NCBI GenBank assembly: GCA_035314425.1
Contig: DATFZN010000114.1
Span: 4,232-68,231, forward strand
DNA: 64,000 bases
Reading direction: 5' to 3'
DNA from: Candidatus Acidiferrum sp.
Lineage (GTDB): Bacteria; Acidobacteriota; Terriglobia; Acidiferrales; UBA7541
The notes below the pieces were generated by a model. It saw nothing but the letters and a program-made list of their open reading frames with translations. It made no database searches and was not told the DNA's origin. How positions within the stretch are numbered: position 1 is the stretch's first letter; each line of letters opens with the position of its first letter. The translations under genes and the position numbers were made by a program. This document shows positions 1 to 9,665 of the stretch, piece after piece.

Positions 1-2
1 CG

Positions 3-2501
3 ATTGCTCCTTACGCGTATTCCAGCGTCGCGGGATTTTCTCAGCATCTCGATGCCGGCAGTCAGGTCGCGTCGATCAGCAACGTTCAAACTATTCGGCC
101 AAACTTCAGCGTCACGGAAACCTTTGGCTTCATTCGCGAGAAGGTCTACAGCACGGTTTCCTCGCCGTTTACGGCTGCCTTTTTAGGTATCAATAACTTT
201 GGATCGAGTATTTTCCCTGGCATGACCATCGTCGACAATTTTGGAAACGCAGCGCCTTACAACACCGGTTGCCCCAACTCCGATCCCCAATGCGCCCTTC
301 CTGCTCCCGTGGCAAACGCCGCACTCACTTTCGGCGAAGGTGCCGCTTCCCAGGGCGCCTGGACGGGCGTTTTCCAAAACCGTTTCATGCCTTCGGGCAA
401 CGCAATCTGGACCAAGGGTAAGCACACCATCACCTTCGGTGGCAGCTACGCCTACACCCAACTCAACACCCGTGACCGTAGAACCGATTCCGGGATCATC
501 GGCATGTCTGACTTTTCCCAATTCCTACAAGGCCTGGTCACGCCTTACACTTCCGATGGGTTCGTCACCACCGCTTTCCTGCAAGGCGATGCCAACCGCT
601 ATTGGCGCTCTGGCCAAATCGGTTTGTATATCGAGGATAGGTTCGCACTCAAGCCCAATCTCAACATCACCCTCGGTCTCCGCTACGACTGGAACGGCGG
701 ACTCACAGAGAAATACGGTCGTGTCTACAACTTTGATCCTTCCCAATACGCGTTTGACGGCAATGAAGTTACTTCCACCGGCTTTCTCATCGCTGGCAAT
801 AACAAGCAATTTCCCTCGAAAGGGGTCAGCAATACGACACTCACCGGACGCCAGTGGGGTTTTGCCCCGAGACTTGGCATCGCCTGGTCACCTGAGATGT
901 TCCACGGCAAGGTGGTCGTCCGCGCTGGCGCCGGCTTTTACTATGACCGCGGCGAACTCTTTTCCTACCTCTCCCCTGGATTCGCCGCTGGTGTCATCAC
1001 CGGCGGTCCCTTCGGCGTCAACCAGGCGCCACCTTTCGTGAACTCGCAACTTTGCAAGTCCACCATCTCGCCCTACCAGGGCTTCATTGCCACTTGCGAT
1101 CCAACTCAGGTTGGTATCGGCAACGGCACGGGTGGCTCGCTTGCCAGCCCTTGGGGCGATCAATTGCAGGCTCCTCCAACCGGCAACCCCGCAAATATTA
1201 TCAACTACCTGCCCAACGTCCCTGAAATCGAAAATACCGCGCAACTGTTTGCCCTCGCCGTTTATAACCGCAAAAATAAGCTTCCCTACACCATCAACGA
1301 TACCCTCGATATCCAGTGGCAGCCTCGCAATGACCTCATGATTGACGTCGGCTACGTCGGCAACCTGGGACGCCATCAGGTCATTCCCGTCCCCTTCAAC
1401 CAGGCGCAAATCGCTAGCCCCTCGCACCCCATTAACGGCCAAGTCTATTCCTACGGCTATCAGGTCATCGCCGATCCAAATACCTTCACTCCGGCGAATT
1501 TACCTCCTGTAAACGGAATGTCTCCGGGGTCCTACCTCAACACGTACGAAGGCGGTAACATCGATTTGCGCGTTCCCTACGTCGGTTACTCTTCCGAATC
1601 GGAAAGCTACAACGCCCAAGGAATTTCGGCGTACAACGCCTTGCAAGTCCACATTGAGAAGCGTATGAGCCACGGTTTGCTGGCAGGCTTCTCCTACACC
1701 TACTCGCATGCGACAGACGAACAGAGCGCACTTGGACTGTTTTACAACGGCAACAACCCGTTGAACCTGCGAGAGGCATACGGCACTTCCGACTTCGACC
1801 GAACACACGTCTTTAACATCCATTTCGTTTACGAATTGCCCAAATTCACCTCGGACACCGCCTCCATCAAGTCCAGATTTACCAACGGCTGGGCTATCCA
1901 AGGTGTGTACGTGCTTCAGAGTGGTCAACCGTTCAGCGTCATTGACTACAGCGGTGCCGTGGGCAGCGTTTACTATGGGGTATCTGACGGCATCACGAAC
2001 CCCATCGTTCCCGTGATTCCTGGCTGCAAAGCCGTAACTGGCAAAAACGGCGTCACTCCCGGACTACCAGCCTTAGAAGCCTCCTGCTTCACCATCCCTA
2101 TCCTGGGAGCGAACGCTTTGAATGGAGCGATTCCTTCAAACGATCCCTATGAGACCGGTTTCACCACCGGCCAACGAAACATTTTTCGCCAGACTTGGCA
2201 GCGTCGTGCGGACATTTCCCTCGTGAAGATGACCACCATCACCGAACGTCTAAACCTCCGCTTCAGCATGGATGTCTTCAACATCACCAACACTCCAAGC
2301 TTTGACATCCCCATCGACGACGTTACGCAAAACCAGTATTACAACGGCTTCCCCACAGCTGGGACGCCAGTTTTGCCGTCAGGATGCGGCACCGCGAATC
2401 CCGTCAATAACTTCTACAACTGCCCGTTCGGTTTGGGGAACGTTAACAAGACCATCGGCAGCGCGCGCCAGATTCAGTTCACGCTGAAAGTGTTGTTCTA
2501 A
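3..2501 (+). CDS. TonB-dependent outer-membrane receptor, C-terminal beta-barrel part (5' end lies upstream of the window)
   Basis: The frame is open from nt 3, with no stop before the ATG at 222 used by the ORF track, so the gene is truncated by the window edge. The sequence is Gly/Tyr/Asn/Thr-rich with an alternating beta-strand pattern. It ends in ...QFTLKVLF, the terminal aromatic typical of OM barrels. A GC hairpin terminator follows. Confidence 0.8.
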   Translation: MAPYAYSSVAGFSQHLDAGSQVASISNVQTIRPNFSVTETFGFIREKVYSTVSSPFTAAFLGINNFGSSIFPGMTIVDNFGNAAPYNTGCPNSDPQCALPAPVANAALTFGEGAASQGAWTGVFQNRFMPSGNAIWTKGKHTITFGGSYAYTQLNTRDRRTDSGIIGMSDFSQFLQGLVTPYTSDGFVTTAFLQGDANRYWRSGQIGLYIEDRFALKPNLNITLGLRYDWNGGLTEKYGRVYNFDPSQYAFDGNEVTSTGFLIAGNNKQFPSKGVSNTTLTGRQWGFAPRLGIAWSPEMFHGKVVVRAGAGFYYDRGELFSYLSPGFAAGVITGGPFGVNQAPPFVNSQLCKSTISPYQGFIATCDPTQVGIGNGTGGSLASPWGDQLQAPPTGNPANIINYLPNVPEIENTAQLFALAVYNRKNKLPYTINDTLDIQWQPRNDLMIDVGYVGNLGRHQVIPVPFNQAQIASPSHPINGQVYSYGYQVIADPNTFTPANLPPVNGMSPGSYLNTYEGGNIDLRVPYVGYSSESESYNAQGISAYNALQVHIEKRMSHGLLAGFSYTYSHATDEQSALGLFYNGNNPLNLREAYGTSDFDRTHVFNIHFVYELPKFTSDTASIKSRFTNGWAIQGVYVLQSGQPFSVIDYSGAVGSVYYGVSDGITNPIVPVIPGCKAVTGKNGVTPGLPALEASCFTIPILGANALNGAIPSNDPYETGFTTGQRNIFRQTWQRRADISLVKMTTITERLNLRFSMDVFNITNTPSFDIPIDDVTQNQYYNGFPTAGTPVLPSGCGTANPVNNFYNCPFGLGNVNKTIGSARQIQFTLKVLF

Positions 2502-2530
2502 CCACTTATGGTTCCCTAAGCGATAACAAA

Positions 2531-2566
2531 AGGGGCCGGCCGACGGCCGGCTCTATTTGTTTCCTC
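2531..2566 (+). terminator. Rho-independent terminator after the receptor gene
   Basis: GCCGGCC (2535-2541) pairs with GGCCGGC (2545-2551) around a 3-nt loop, and flanking G/C bases extend the stem. It is followed by TCTATTTGTTT. Confidence 0.6.
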
Positions 2567-2677
2567 CGAATCAATTCCGAATGTAGGCGCCGGGCTTTCT
2601 AGCCCGACCCAGCTCAAACATGTCCCAACTACCGGCGCCATATCCTTAACCGTGGCTTTGGGTTTTCTCCCGCCTCG

Positions 2678-3502
2678 CTACCCTGCACTCACCTTGACCG
2701 TGAGCGTCTCCACCTTCGCCTCGGCAAATCTCTCCTGCAACTCCTGCGCTTCCCGAAAAAGCTCCCCTTCGACAAACCTGGCCGGAAACTCGAACGTCAA
2801 TCCATCTGAGGCGAACGGATACGGCTCCAAAACGAAATGTCTCTTCCCCGCGGACCGCACGTTCACCTCAGCATACCCGCCTCCCCGCAGCGGCAAGGCA
2901 TGCAGCAGATGCGCGGGCCTCGCGAAATCGACGCACGTCAGCAAAGAAAGATTATCGGTTGCCTGCAACAGCCGGAAATGATCTCGGATCGCAATGTCGC
3001 TCTTCTGTTCGAGAGCAATTGATCCATCAAGAGAAATCCCCGCCCGCAGCGACCCCTGAAACTCTTTCTGCTTCCGAAGAAACTCATCCAGCAATGGCAG
3101 CTCCTGCGCCGCGATCGTCGATCGGTCCGCATGCTCGGTCAGCAAGTTATAGGTATGCATTGAAATCAGAATGGCTGCGTAGGGGTCTTCCGCAGCAATC
3201 AGCCTCACAGCTCGGTCCCGAACCGCAAGATAATCCGCCAGGTCAATCTCTTCAAATGCCGAATACTTCCCTACTAACTCCACCGAAAATGCGCTGGGCT
3301 TTCCCTGCCGCGTGATCTGTGGCTTGGCATCACGCGCGGCCCACCCGTCATCGTGCCGGGCGATTCCCTCGAGAACGCGCTCCCGTGGTTCCGGCGGAGG
3401 AAACCGCTCGTTGCCCCATCGCGCCGCAAACGCGCCCGCCAGCCGCGCATGATCTGGATGCGTAACCAGCCACCACCCATTCCGTGTCTGCCGTCGCAAC
3501 AT
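2678..3502 (-). CDS. DUF3891-like protein (last gene of the operon)
   Basis: ATG at 3502 gives MLRRQTRNGWWLVTHPDHARLAG... The longer ORF-track start at 3787 would overlap the upstream permease gene by about 250 nt. The N-terminal W..V.H.dHa.laG pattern matches my recollection of DUF3891, so the family call is tentative. Confidence 0.55.
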   Translation of the reverse strand: MLRRQTRNGWWLVTHPDHARLAGAFAARWGNERFPPPEPRERVLEGIARHDDGWAARDAKPQITRQGKPSAFSVELVGKYSAFEEIDLADYLAVRDRAVRLIAAEDPYAAILISMHTYNLLTEHADRSTIAAQELPLLDEFLRKQKEFQGSLRAGISLDGSIALEQKSDIAIRDHFRLLQATDNLSLLTCVDFARPAHLLHALPLRGGGYAEVNVRSAGKRHFVLEPYPFASDGLTFEFPARFVEGELFREAQELQERFAEAKVETLTVKVSAG

Positions 3503-3539
3503 AACGTATCTTCGTCGCCTGCTCGTCAGTATCTTGGAC

Positions 3540-4331
3540 CTACACCGAATCCGGCCCCCTCGCCGATTCGTGCCACTTGTGCAGAAAATACCATTCCAGA
3601 AACATGACCACGAAAACAAACCCGAACCCCAAGACCGTCGTCGCCGCCACCAACGCAAACAAATAATCCGTTTGCAATTGTGATGACGCATAAAAAATCG
3701 AATACCCCAACCCGCCTTCTCCGACTCGGGCCGAACCGGCATACAGTTCGCCGGTGATCGCGCCGATGACTGCCAGTCCGCTCGCAATCCGAATCCCTAC
3801 AAACATCGACGGCACCGAATTCGGCAACCGCAGCTTGAAAAGAATTTGCTTGGCCGAAGCGTTGTGCATCAAAAACAAATCCACCAGGTTCTCATCCGCG
3901 CTGATCAATCCTTGCGTCACGTTCGCGATGATCGGCGCCAGCGAAATGATGAACGCAATCAGCGTTACCGCAGTCGCTCCGGCTCCCACCCACATCAATA
4001 TCAACGGCGAAATCGCGATGATCGGCACGGTCTGCAGCAGCAGCGTATAGGGATAAAGCATCCGCCGCACCCATCGCGATTGCGCGAACAGCAGCGCCGT
4101 CCCTATACCCACCAGGATGCTGGCTAGCAAACCTCCACCCGCTTCGATCGCCGTAATCGACAGCGCATGGAGCAGCATCGGAAATTTTCCAACCGTCGCC
4201 TTTACCACCGCCAGTGGCGAGGGCAACAGGAACGGGGCCACCTGAAAGATCCAGATCACCAGTTGCCACAAGGCCAACAAAGCCGCAAAAACAATCAGCG
4301 CGTTAGCGATCGCCGTGAAACGCTTCTTCAT
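3540..4331 (-). CDS. ABC transporter permease, NitT/TauT (SsuC/TauC/ThiX-like) family
   Basis: 263 aa with about 6 hydrophobic helices and a binding-protein-dependent transport signature region (..SRWVRRMLYPYTLLLQTVP..). Its start forms an ATGA overlap with the stop of the upstream ATPase gene. Confidence 0.85.
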   Translation of the reverse strand: MKKRFTAIANALIVFAALLALWQLVIWIFQVAPFLLPSPLAVVKATVGKFPMLLHALSITAIEAGGGLLASILVGIGTALLFAQSRWVRRMLYPYTLLLQTVPIIAISPLILMWVGAGATAVTLIAFIISLAPIIANVTQGLISADENLVDLFLMHNASAKQILFKLRLPNSVPSMFVGIRIASGLAVIGAITGELYAGSARVGEGGLGYSIFYASSQLQTDYLFALVAATTVLGFGFVFVVMFLEWYFLHKWHESARGPDSV

Positions 4332-5101
4332 TGGGCGATCGCCTCGCGCAGGGCTCTCGACACTTTCGCAACTATCCGGTCAAACTCGGTAGTCGTCCGC
4401 AACTCGGCGGTACGCTGTATCGGTAAGTCGACAGCAAAGGTAGCGTGAATCCGTCCGGGATTCGGCGCCAGCACTACGATTCTCGTCGACAGAAATACCG
4501 CCTCAATCACCGAATGCGTCACAAACACCGCGGTCCAGCTTTGTTCCCCGCGTAAACGCAATATCTCTTCATTCAGCCGGTCACGGGTCATTTCATCTAG
4601 AGCCCCAAATGGCTCGTCCATCAGCAACAACCGCGGATTTGTTGATAGCGCTCGCGCGATCGAGACCCTCATCTTCATTCCGCCGGACAATTCACGCGGA
4701 TACGCCCCTGACACTCGTTCTAGCCCTACCAGCCTGAGCAGCTCGTCCGCCCTCTTTTGCTGACGGGCTCTTGCCGCACCTTCGAGCTCGAGCCCCAAGC
4801 AAACATTCTGAAAAACCGTCCTCCAGGGCAGTAGCGTCGCATCCTGAAACACAAACGAGATGATTTCCCGGGCATTGTTCGGCGTTAGTCCATCTACTCG
4901 GATCGTTCCCTGGCTGGGCGGCGTTAAACCGGAAATCAGTTTTAGCAGCGTGGACTTCCCGCATCCGGAGGGACCGATTAGCGTAACGAATTCTCCTTTT
5001 CGAATTTCAAGTGTGAGCGGATCGAGCACGCTTCTGCCATTTGGAAATTTCTTCGCCACTCCGTCCAGTTCCACCATCAACGCCGTTTCGCTCACGGTCA
5101 T
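4328..5101 (-). CDS. ABC transporter ATP-binding protein, NitT/TauT family
   Basis: Walker A GPSGCGKST, ABC signature LSGGMKMRV and Walker B LLLMDEPF are present. ATG 5101 forms an ATGA overlap with the CocE-like stop. The ORF-track start at 5188 would overlap that gene by 90 nt. Confidence 0.9.
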   Translation of the reverse strand: MTVSETALMVELDGVAKKFPNGRSVLDPLTLEIRKGEFVTLIGPSGCGKSTLLKLISGLTPPSQGTIRVDGLTPNNAREIISFVFQDATLLPWRTVFQNVCLGLELEGAARARQQKRADELLRLVGLERVSGAYPRELSGGMKMRVSIARALSTNPRLLLMDEPFGALDEMTRDRLNEEILRLRGEQSWTAVFVTHSVIEAVFLSTRIVVLAPNPGRIHATFAVDLPIQRTAELRTTTEFDRIVAKVSRALREAIAQ

Positions 5102-6816
5102 GGCGGCGAGCCTGTGGTCGGCAGATACAGTGCGCTGGGTCTCGTCCTGTCGTGAAACACAATCTGCGTCGATCGCCGCCAATCCCATGACGTTGCCTCG
5201 GAAGACGCCACATCACTCCCAGGATTGCGATCGTAAAGTGGAAACGCGCTGCTGGCGATTTCCAGTCGTATACGCTCGTTGGCGGAAAACCGACACGAAG
5301 TCGGCTCCAACGAGAAATCCCATGCGTGAATCTTGTCGGCGGAATATTTTTCCCGACCGAACAGCCAACTCGATCGTGCAATCCCCATGCAAATGAATTC
5401 CGCCACGCCATTCGGCCGTGCGCGCACGAGTTTCGCGGTGAAGTCCGTATTCCCGAGCGAACTGGCGGCATAAAGAACCACTCGTGGAATCCCGAACACT
5501 GTAAGGGGTTCCTTGAGCGGCTCGGTCGTAAACACCAAGACGTTATTACCCAGTTCGAGTGTTGATTGATCGAATTGTCCGCTCTGAGCCCCAGGCCCAC
5601 CCGGAGCCTGCACCGGGACTTCCGGGTCATACACAAAGACATCGCAGGGCTCATCAAGTGGCGGCAACTCCAAGCGGAGCGTGCCATCGCCGCGCCGCGA
5701 ATTCGCGTGCCCGCAACTGTGTAGGTATAGTGTGTAATTCTGTCCTGTTGGAAATTCATCCGCGTGGTGCCACTGATTTTCCCCCAGCACAAAGTGCCGA
5801 ATCTGCGCTTCCGCGGAAAATGCGTCCGAATCTTTCAACCAGTGATCAAACCAGCGCAAAAGTATTGTGTCGGTATCCAGCAGCGCGTGCGGACCAAAAT
5901 CCGTCGTTCCAATTCGATCGCCCCAGGGAATGTGCTGCCAGGGACCGGCAATCAAATATTGATTTTCCCGCGCAAACTCATTGGCCGCTCCGCGCCGAAG
6001 CTGCAGAAATCCATCAATCGCGCCGCGCAAAAACATGTCATACCAGCCGGAAATGTGCAGCGCCGGCACCGCAACGCGACCGATGGACTTGCTCACATCC
6101 AGTTCGGACCAATACTTACCCGGCTGATCGTGTTCGAACCAGTCTCGTACGTACTGGGGAACTCCTTCGCCCACGAGCGCTGGATTCTCGCCAAACGGCA
6201 AATAACTTGTCTGGGCCGCCAGGTTCGCCCAAGCCTCTTCCAAGCGGTCGCTCGCTTCCCGCAATCCTTTGCGCCGCACATCCACTTTCAATAGTTGTAA
6301 TCCCCAACCGAGCGCGACTGCCAACCGTAACGCCCCATGGTGATAAAACCATCCGTGATACAAATCGCAAGCTGTCATACCGGGCGCAATGCACTTCAAC
6401 CCCGCCGGTTGCTCTGCAGCAGCCAATAATTGCGTCGCTCCCTGGTAGGAAAATCCATACATCCCGATGGCCCCATTGCATTCGGGCCTCTTGCTGAGCC
6501 ACAGAATCGTTTCCGCCCCGTCTTTTGCTTCATTGCGAAATGGATAAAATTCACCTTCGGAATCCCCACGCCCGCGCACATCCTGAATCACGACGTTGTA
6601 TCCGTGTCGTGCGAACCAGATCGGATGCGCGTACACCACCGTAGATGCAATATCTCGCCCGTAGGGCTGGCGCATGAGCAAGGCCGGTTTTGGCGACGAA
6701 CCTTTTGGGTAGTAGTGATCGGAAACCAGAGTGGTTCCATCAACGAGTTGGCATCGTACACCTCGTTCCAGCCGTACCCCGCTACCGCAATCAACGAAGT
6801 TTGCGTCGCTCGTCAT
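5098..6816 (-). CDS. CocE/NonD family alpha/beta hydrolase (S15 X-Pro dipeptidyl-peptidase-like)
   Basis: Contains ..LLMRQPYGRD.. and the nucleophile elbow GFSYQG, with a long C-terminal beta-sandwich region as in CocE/NonD. ATG 6816 forms an ATGA overlap with the creatininase-family stop at 6813. Confidence 0.8.
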   Translation of the reverse strand: MTSDANFVDCGSGVRLERGVRCQLVDGTTLVSDHYYPKGSSPKPALLMRQPYGRDIASTVVYAHPIWFARHGYNVVIQDVRGRGDSEGEFYPFRNEAKDGAETILWLSKRPECNGAIGMYGFSYQGATQLLAAAEQPAGLKCIAPGMTACDLYHGWFYHHGALRLAVALGWGLQLLKVDVRRKGLREASDRLEEAWANLAAQTSYLPFGENPALVGEGVPQYVRDWFEHDQPGKYWSELDVSKSIGRVAVPALHISGWYDMFLRGAIDGFLQLRRGAANEFARENQYLIAGPWQHIPWGDRIGTTDFGPHALLDTDTILLRWFDHWLKDSDAFSAEAQIRHFVLGENQWHHADEFPTGQNYTLYLHSCGHANSRRGDGTLRLELPPLDEPCDVFVYDPEVPVQAPGGPGAQSGQFDQSTLELGNNVLVFTTEPLKEPLTVFGIPRVVLYAASSLGNTDFTAKLVRARPNGVAEFICMGIARSSWLFGREKYSADKIHAWDFSLEPTSCRFSANERIRLEIASSAFPLYDRNPGSDVASSEATSWDWRRSTQIVFHDRTRPSALYLPTTGSPP

Positions 6817-7595
6817 TTCTGATAATTCGCCATGGCCTCTAGTGCAGCCGCCAATCGGCTTGCGGCTTGCTCGATCCACTTCGCGCCGTTCTCCGCCGTG
6901 GCAGGGCGTGGATCGCCGAGGACTCCACTTTCGGCGATGTCACGCGTCAGCCAGGCAAAGGTAGCCGCCGCGTTCTCCGGAAGCAGAAGGTCCGGCTTAT
7001 CCAGCTGCGCAATGTAGTTCACGGTGTACGCGCCGCGATCTACCAACTCCGGGACCGATGCCAGCAAATATGCTGTCTCTAGTTCTCCGGCGTGAAACCC
7101 GTACGCCTGCTCCTGCAGACTCAGTCCGTCAGAGGAAATCCCGCCCGATCCGTCGAGCGTGAAGGTCCGCAATCCGAATTCCGCACGCAAATCGCGCGCC
7201 ATGACATGAATCAACGCGCTGTTCCCGCCGTGGGTGTTGTACAAAACCAATTTCTGAAAGCCCGCGGAACGCAAACTCGCTCCGAGATCTCGAACGACGG
7301 CCATGAATGTGGCGGCACTCACAGAGAGAGTCCCAGGAAATCCCGAGTGCTCGTTGCTCTTGCCATAATGCACTGGTGGAAGCGCATAAACCGGCATGTC
7401 GGCTGGCAGCTTTTCTATCGCGTGTCCCAGCAACAGATTATTGATCAGGGTGTCGGTCGCTAGCGGCAGATGATGCCCGTGCTGCTCAATCGCCGCTGTC
7501 GGAAGAACCAGCAATGTTTTCTCCCTCGACAGCGCATCCACTTGCTTCCAATTCAGATACGCGAAGTTGCGATTGTCCGGAATCCAGGTCTTCAT
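6813..7595 (-). CDS. Creatininase-family amidohydrolase (creatinine amidohydrolase / formamide hydrolase family)
   Basis: Metal-binding N-terminal motif LPTAAIEQHGHHLPLATD, then ..HGG.. and ..HAGELET... ATGA overlaps at both ends (7592-7595 and 6813-6816). Confidence 0.8.
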   Translation of the reverse strand: MKTWIPDNRNFAYLNWKQVDALSREKTLLVLPTAAIEQHGHHLPLATDTLINNLLLGHAIEKLPADMPVYALPPVHYGKSNEHSGFPGTLSVSAATFMAVVRDLGASLRSAGFQKLVLYNTHGGNSALIHVMARDLRAEFGLRTFTLDGSGGISSDGLSLQEQAYGFHAGELETAYLLASVPELVDRGAYTVNYIAQLDKPDLLLPENAAATFAWLTRDIAESGVLGDPRPATAENGAKWIEQAASRLAAALEAMANYQK

Positions 7596-8968
7596 TTCGC
7601 CACCGCTTCCGAAGAAGCAGTCCTTGCTTCAAACGTGATCATCTTCCCCGGATTCAGCAGACCTTGGGGGTCGTAGCGGTGTTTCGCGACGAGTTGAATG
7701 TTGTCCGGCCTGTACCTTCCCCCACCCTCCACATTATTTACATGCGGATTGGCCACAAACACTCCCAACTCCTGGCAACGGTCGATCATCTCCTTTAAGC
7801 GCTCCTCCGTCGTGAAGTACACCACGGGAATCGCCCCGGGAATCACCTTGCCTTCCCCGTTCTTCATAAATTCCATATGAAACAAAAATTCGGAGCCGAA
7901 TCGCTCTTTGAGCGCCCGCATCTGCTCCCGCACGCGCTGCGGATCAAACCCGCACTGCAGGTACGTATAGGCTTCATCGTTTTTCATCGCCCAGAGAGTT
8001 GTATGGTTCCACGTATAGTCCGACAACAGCGGCCGGCTCTGCAATCCTACATAGTCTCCCGAAAGTGCAATGGCCCCACTGGCATCTCCTGCTGCCGATT
8101 CGAGCTTGTCCAGGTGTTCTGTCGCGATTAGAAAGAAAATCAGTGACCGGCCTTCCCCCGCCAGTGCCTTGATGGGCAGAAAAAAGGACGGTATGGGCCA
8201 CTCAAATGCGCTCACCAACCGCTTGGTATAGCTATCATCCACGGCGATCTGCTCGCTGAAATCGTATGCCGCCCGAAACGTGTCAAACGATACGACGCAT
8301 TGTGACCATTTGACAGCCGGCGCCAGCGCCAGCCAAATTCGTGTGATCACTCCGTTCGTTCCCCAGGCGTGCAGTATTTCATGCACCGCGTCGCCTTCTT
8401 GCTTGACGACCCGCGGTTCCGCTTCCATCGTCACCACTTCGAGCGCTCGCACGGTCTGGAAATCCCGCAAGCCGCCGTGTGCCACCGATCCGATCCCGCC
8501 GGAACCGCCAGCAATAAATCCCCCTACCGAGGCTTTCGCAAGTGTCGACGGATAGCACCGCAACTCCCAGCCGACTTTTCTCGCCTGGGTCTCGAGCACG
8601 CCCAATCGCACGCCTGGTTGGCAGACGGCTACGCCATCTGGAAGAATTTCTTCGATGGCATCCATTTTCGATAGATCAAGAACTACTCCGCCACGGAGCG
8701 GTACGGCCTGCCCATAATTCCCTGTGCCTGCGCCGCGAGTCGTTACGGGGATAGCGTGGGAATAGCAATACCCCAACACAGTTTGCACTTCTCCTGTGCT
8801 CAGCGGCTGAACCACCATCTCCGCCATTTTCCCGTCGAGCTGCTTTTTCAATACCGGCGAATACCAGTAAAAATCCTTCGATAGCTGCTCTACGACTTCC
8901 GTCTGCGTAAGCACCCGGCTCTGGTCGGCCAACAATGAGGCAAGCGCCGCGCCGTGATTGATCCCCAT
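7592..8968 (-). CDS. FAD-binding (PCMH-type, GlcD-like) oxidoreductase
   Basis: FAD-binding loop TTRGAGTGNYGQAVP and about 460 aa of FAD-linked oxidase architecture. I prefer ATG 8968, which is preceded by AAGAGGA directly after the upstream stop, over the ORF-track start at 9007. Confidence 0.8.
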   Translation of the reverse strand: MGINHGAALASLLADQSRVLTQTEVVEQLSKDFYWYSPVLKKQLDGKMAEMVVQPLSTGEVQTVLGYCYSHAIPVTTRGAGTGNYGQAVPLRGGVVLDLSKMDAIEEILPDGVAVCQPGVRLGVLETQARKVGWELRCYPSTLAKASVGGFIAGGSGGIGSVAHGGLRDFQTVRALEVVTMEAEPRVVKQEGDAVHEILHAWGTNGVITRIWLALAPAVKWSQCVVSFDTFRAAYDFSEQIAVDDSYTKRLVSAFEWPIPSFFLPIKALAGEGRSLIFFLIATEHLDKLESAAGDASGAIALSGDYVGLQSRPLLSDYTWNHTTLWAMKNDEAYTYLQCGFDPQRVREQMRALKERFGSEFLFHMEFMKNGEGKVIPGAIPVVYFTTEERLKEMIDRCQELGVFVANPHVNNVEGGGRYRPDNIQLVAKHRYDPQGLLNPGKMITFEARTASSEAVAK

Positions 8969-8979
8969 GAATCCTCTTT

Positions 8980-9459
8980 CTAGTTCCCCTTTTTCCTGCT
9001 GCTCCAACTCTTAAACGCTTTCTGCATGGTTGGATCTGTAAAAAGCGTGTTGCACAATTTTCGAAGGACCGGTCCTTCGACCAGGCAATGCATGTCCGAA
9101 CGCCGCGCAACCTCTTTCGCCGCAATATGAATCTGCAAACAGTACTTGTTCGCGTCCGCGATCGTTGCGCCAAACACCACTCGGTCCAGTTTCGCCCACA
9201 ATGCATTGGCCATGCACATCGCACACGGTTCGCACGTCGAGTACAACGTGTACCCCGCCAAACTGGGACTTTTCAATTTCTTGCAGGCCAATCGCACGGC
9301 TCGCACTTCTGCGTGCGAGGAAGGATCATTCTCAGAGATTACCGCGTTCGTTGCTCCGAGCAATCGCTCTCCGGTCTTCGTATTCACAATCAGCGCGCCG
9401 AAGGGAGCAGGGTGAGCGGTCGACATCGTCCGGGCGGTGAACTCATACACTTCGCGCAT
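8980..9459 (-). CDS. CDA-fold nucleoside/guanine deaminase (GuaD-like)
   Basis: Zinc motifs HAEVRAV and CEPCAMC. PFGALIV...NDPSSHAE resembles B. subtilis guanine deaminase. The start is taken at MREVYEF (9459); the ORF track extends to 9567. Confidence 0.75.
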   Translation of the reverse strand: MREVYEFTARTMSTAHPAPFGALIVNTKTGERLLGATNAVISENDPSSHAEVRAVRLACKKLKSPSLAGYTLYSTCEPCAMCMANALWAKLDRVVFGATIADANKYCLQIHIAAKEVARRSDMHCLVEGPVLRKLCNTLFTDPTMQKAFKSWSSRKKGN

Positions 9460-9665
9460 CCTGCCTTCGTCAAAGCTGGCAGGAGCAACAGCTTTTCCCC
9501 GGAAACTCCGCATGGCGCAATCTAGCACATCGCCACCGCGGGCCCACATGCAAAAAATTGAATCCAAAGCATCGAAGGCATGGCACGATAGCCGTCGGGG
9601 AACGGGTTAGACTACCCCCCTATTGCGCGTTCAAGTCGCCGGCAGTGCTACAAACGGGGTGAAGC

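Noticed and set aside
2678-3787. Long N-terminal extensions in the ORF track (also 4328..5188, 5098..6879, 29357..31606, 45978..46517, 57115..58302, 59200..60102, 43099..43524, 41010..43088, 15230..16357)
   Set aside because: The extensions overlap the upstream gene or a promoter and encode low-complexity sequence. Internal ATGs give ATGA or SD-supported starts that coincide with the beginning of the recognisable domain.
5007-6497. ORFs 5007..5792 (-, other frame) and 5559..6497 (+)
   Set aside because: Both overlap the well-supported CocE/NonD gene and have Arg/Pro/Ser-rich nonsense-like composition.
9581-9596. Perfect TGGCACG -24 box upstream of the binding-protein gene
   Set aside because: There is no GC at the -12 position (the sequence is CCGT). 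I consider it a half-match only.
9460-9665. Possible TPP (THI-box) riboswitch upstream of the ThiY-like binding protein
   Set aside because: I could not find the conserved CTGAGA / ACCTGATCTGGATAATGCCAGCG-type core. The region is short and contains the divergent promoters.
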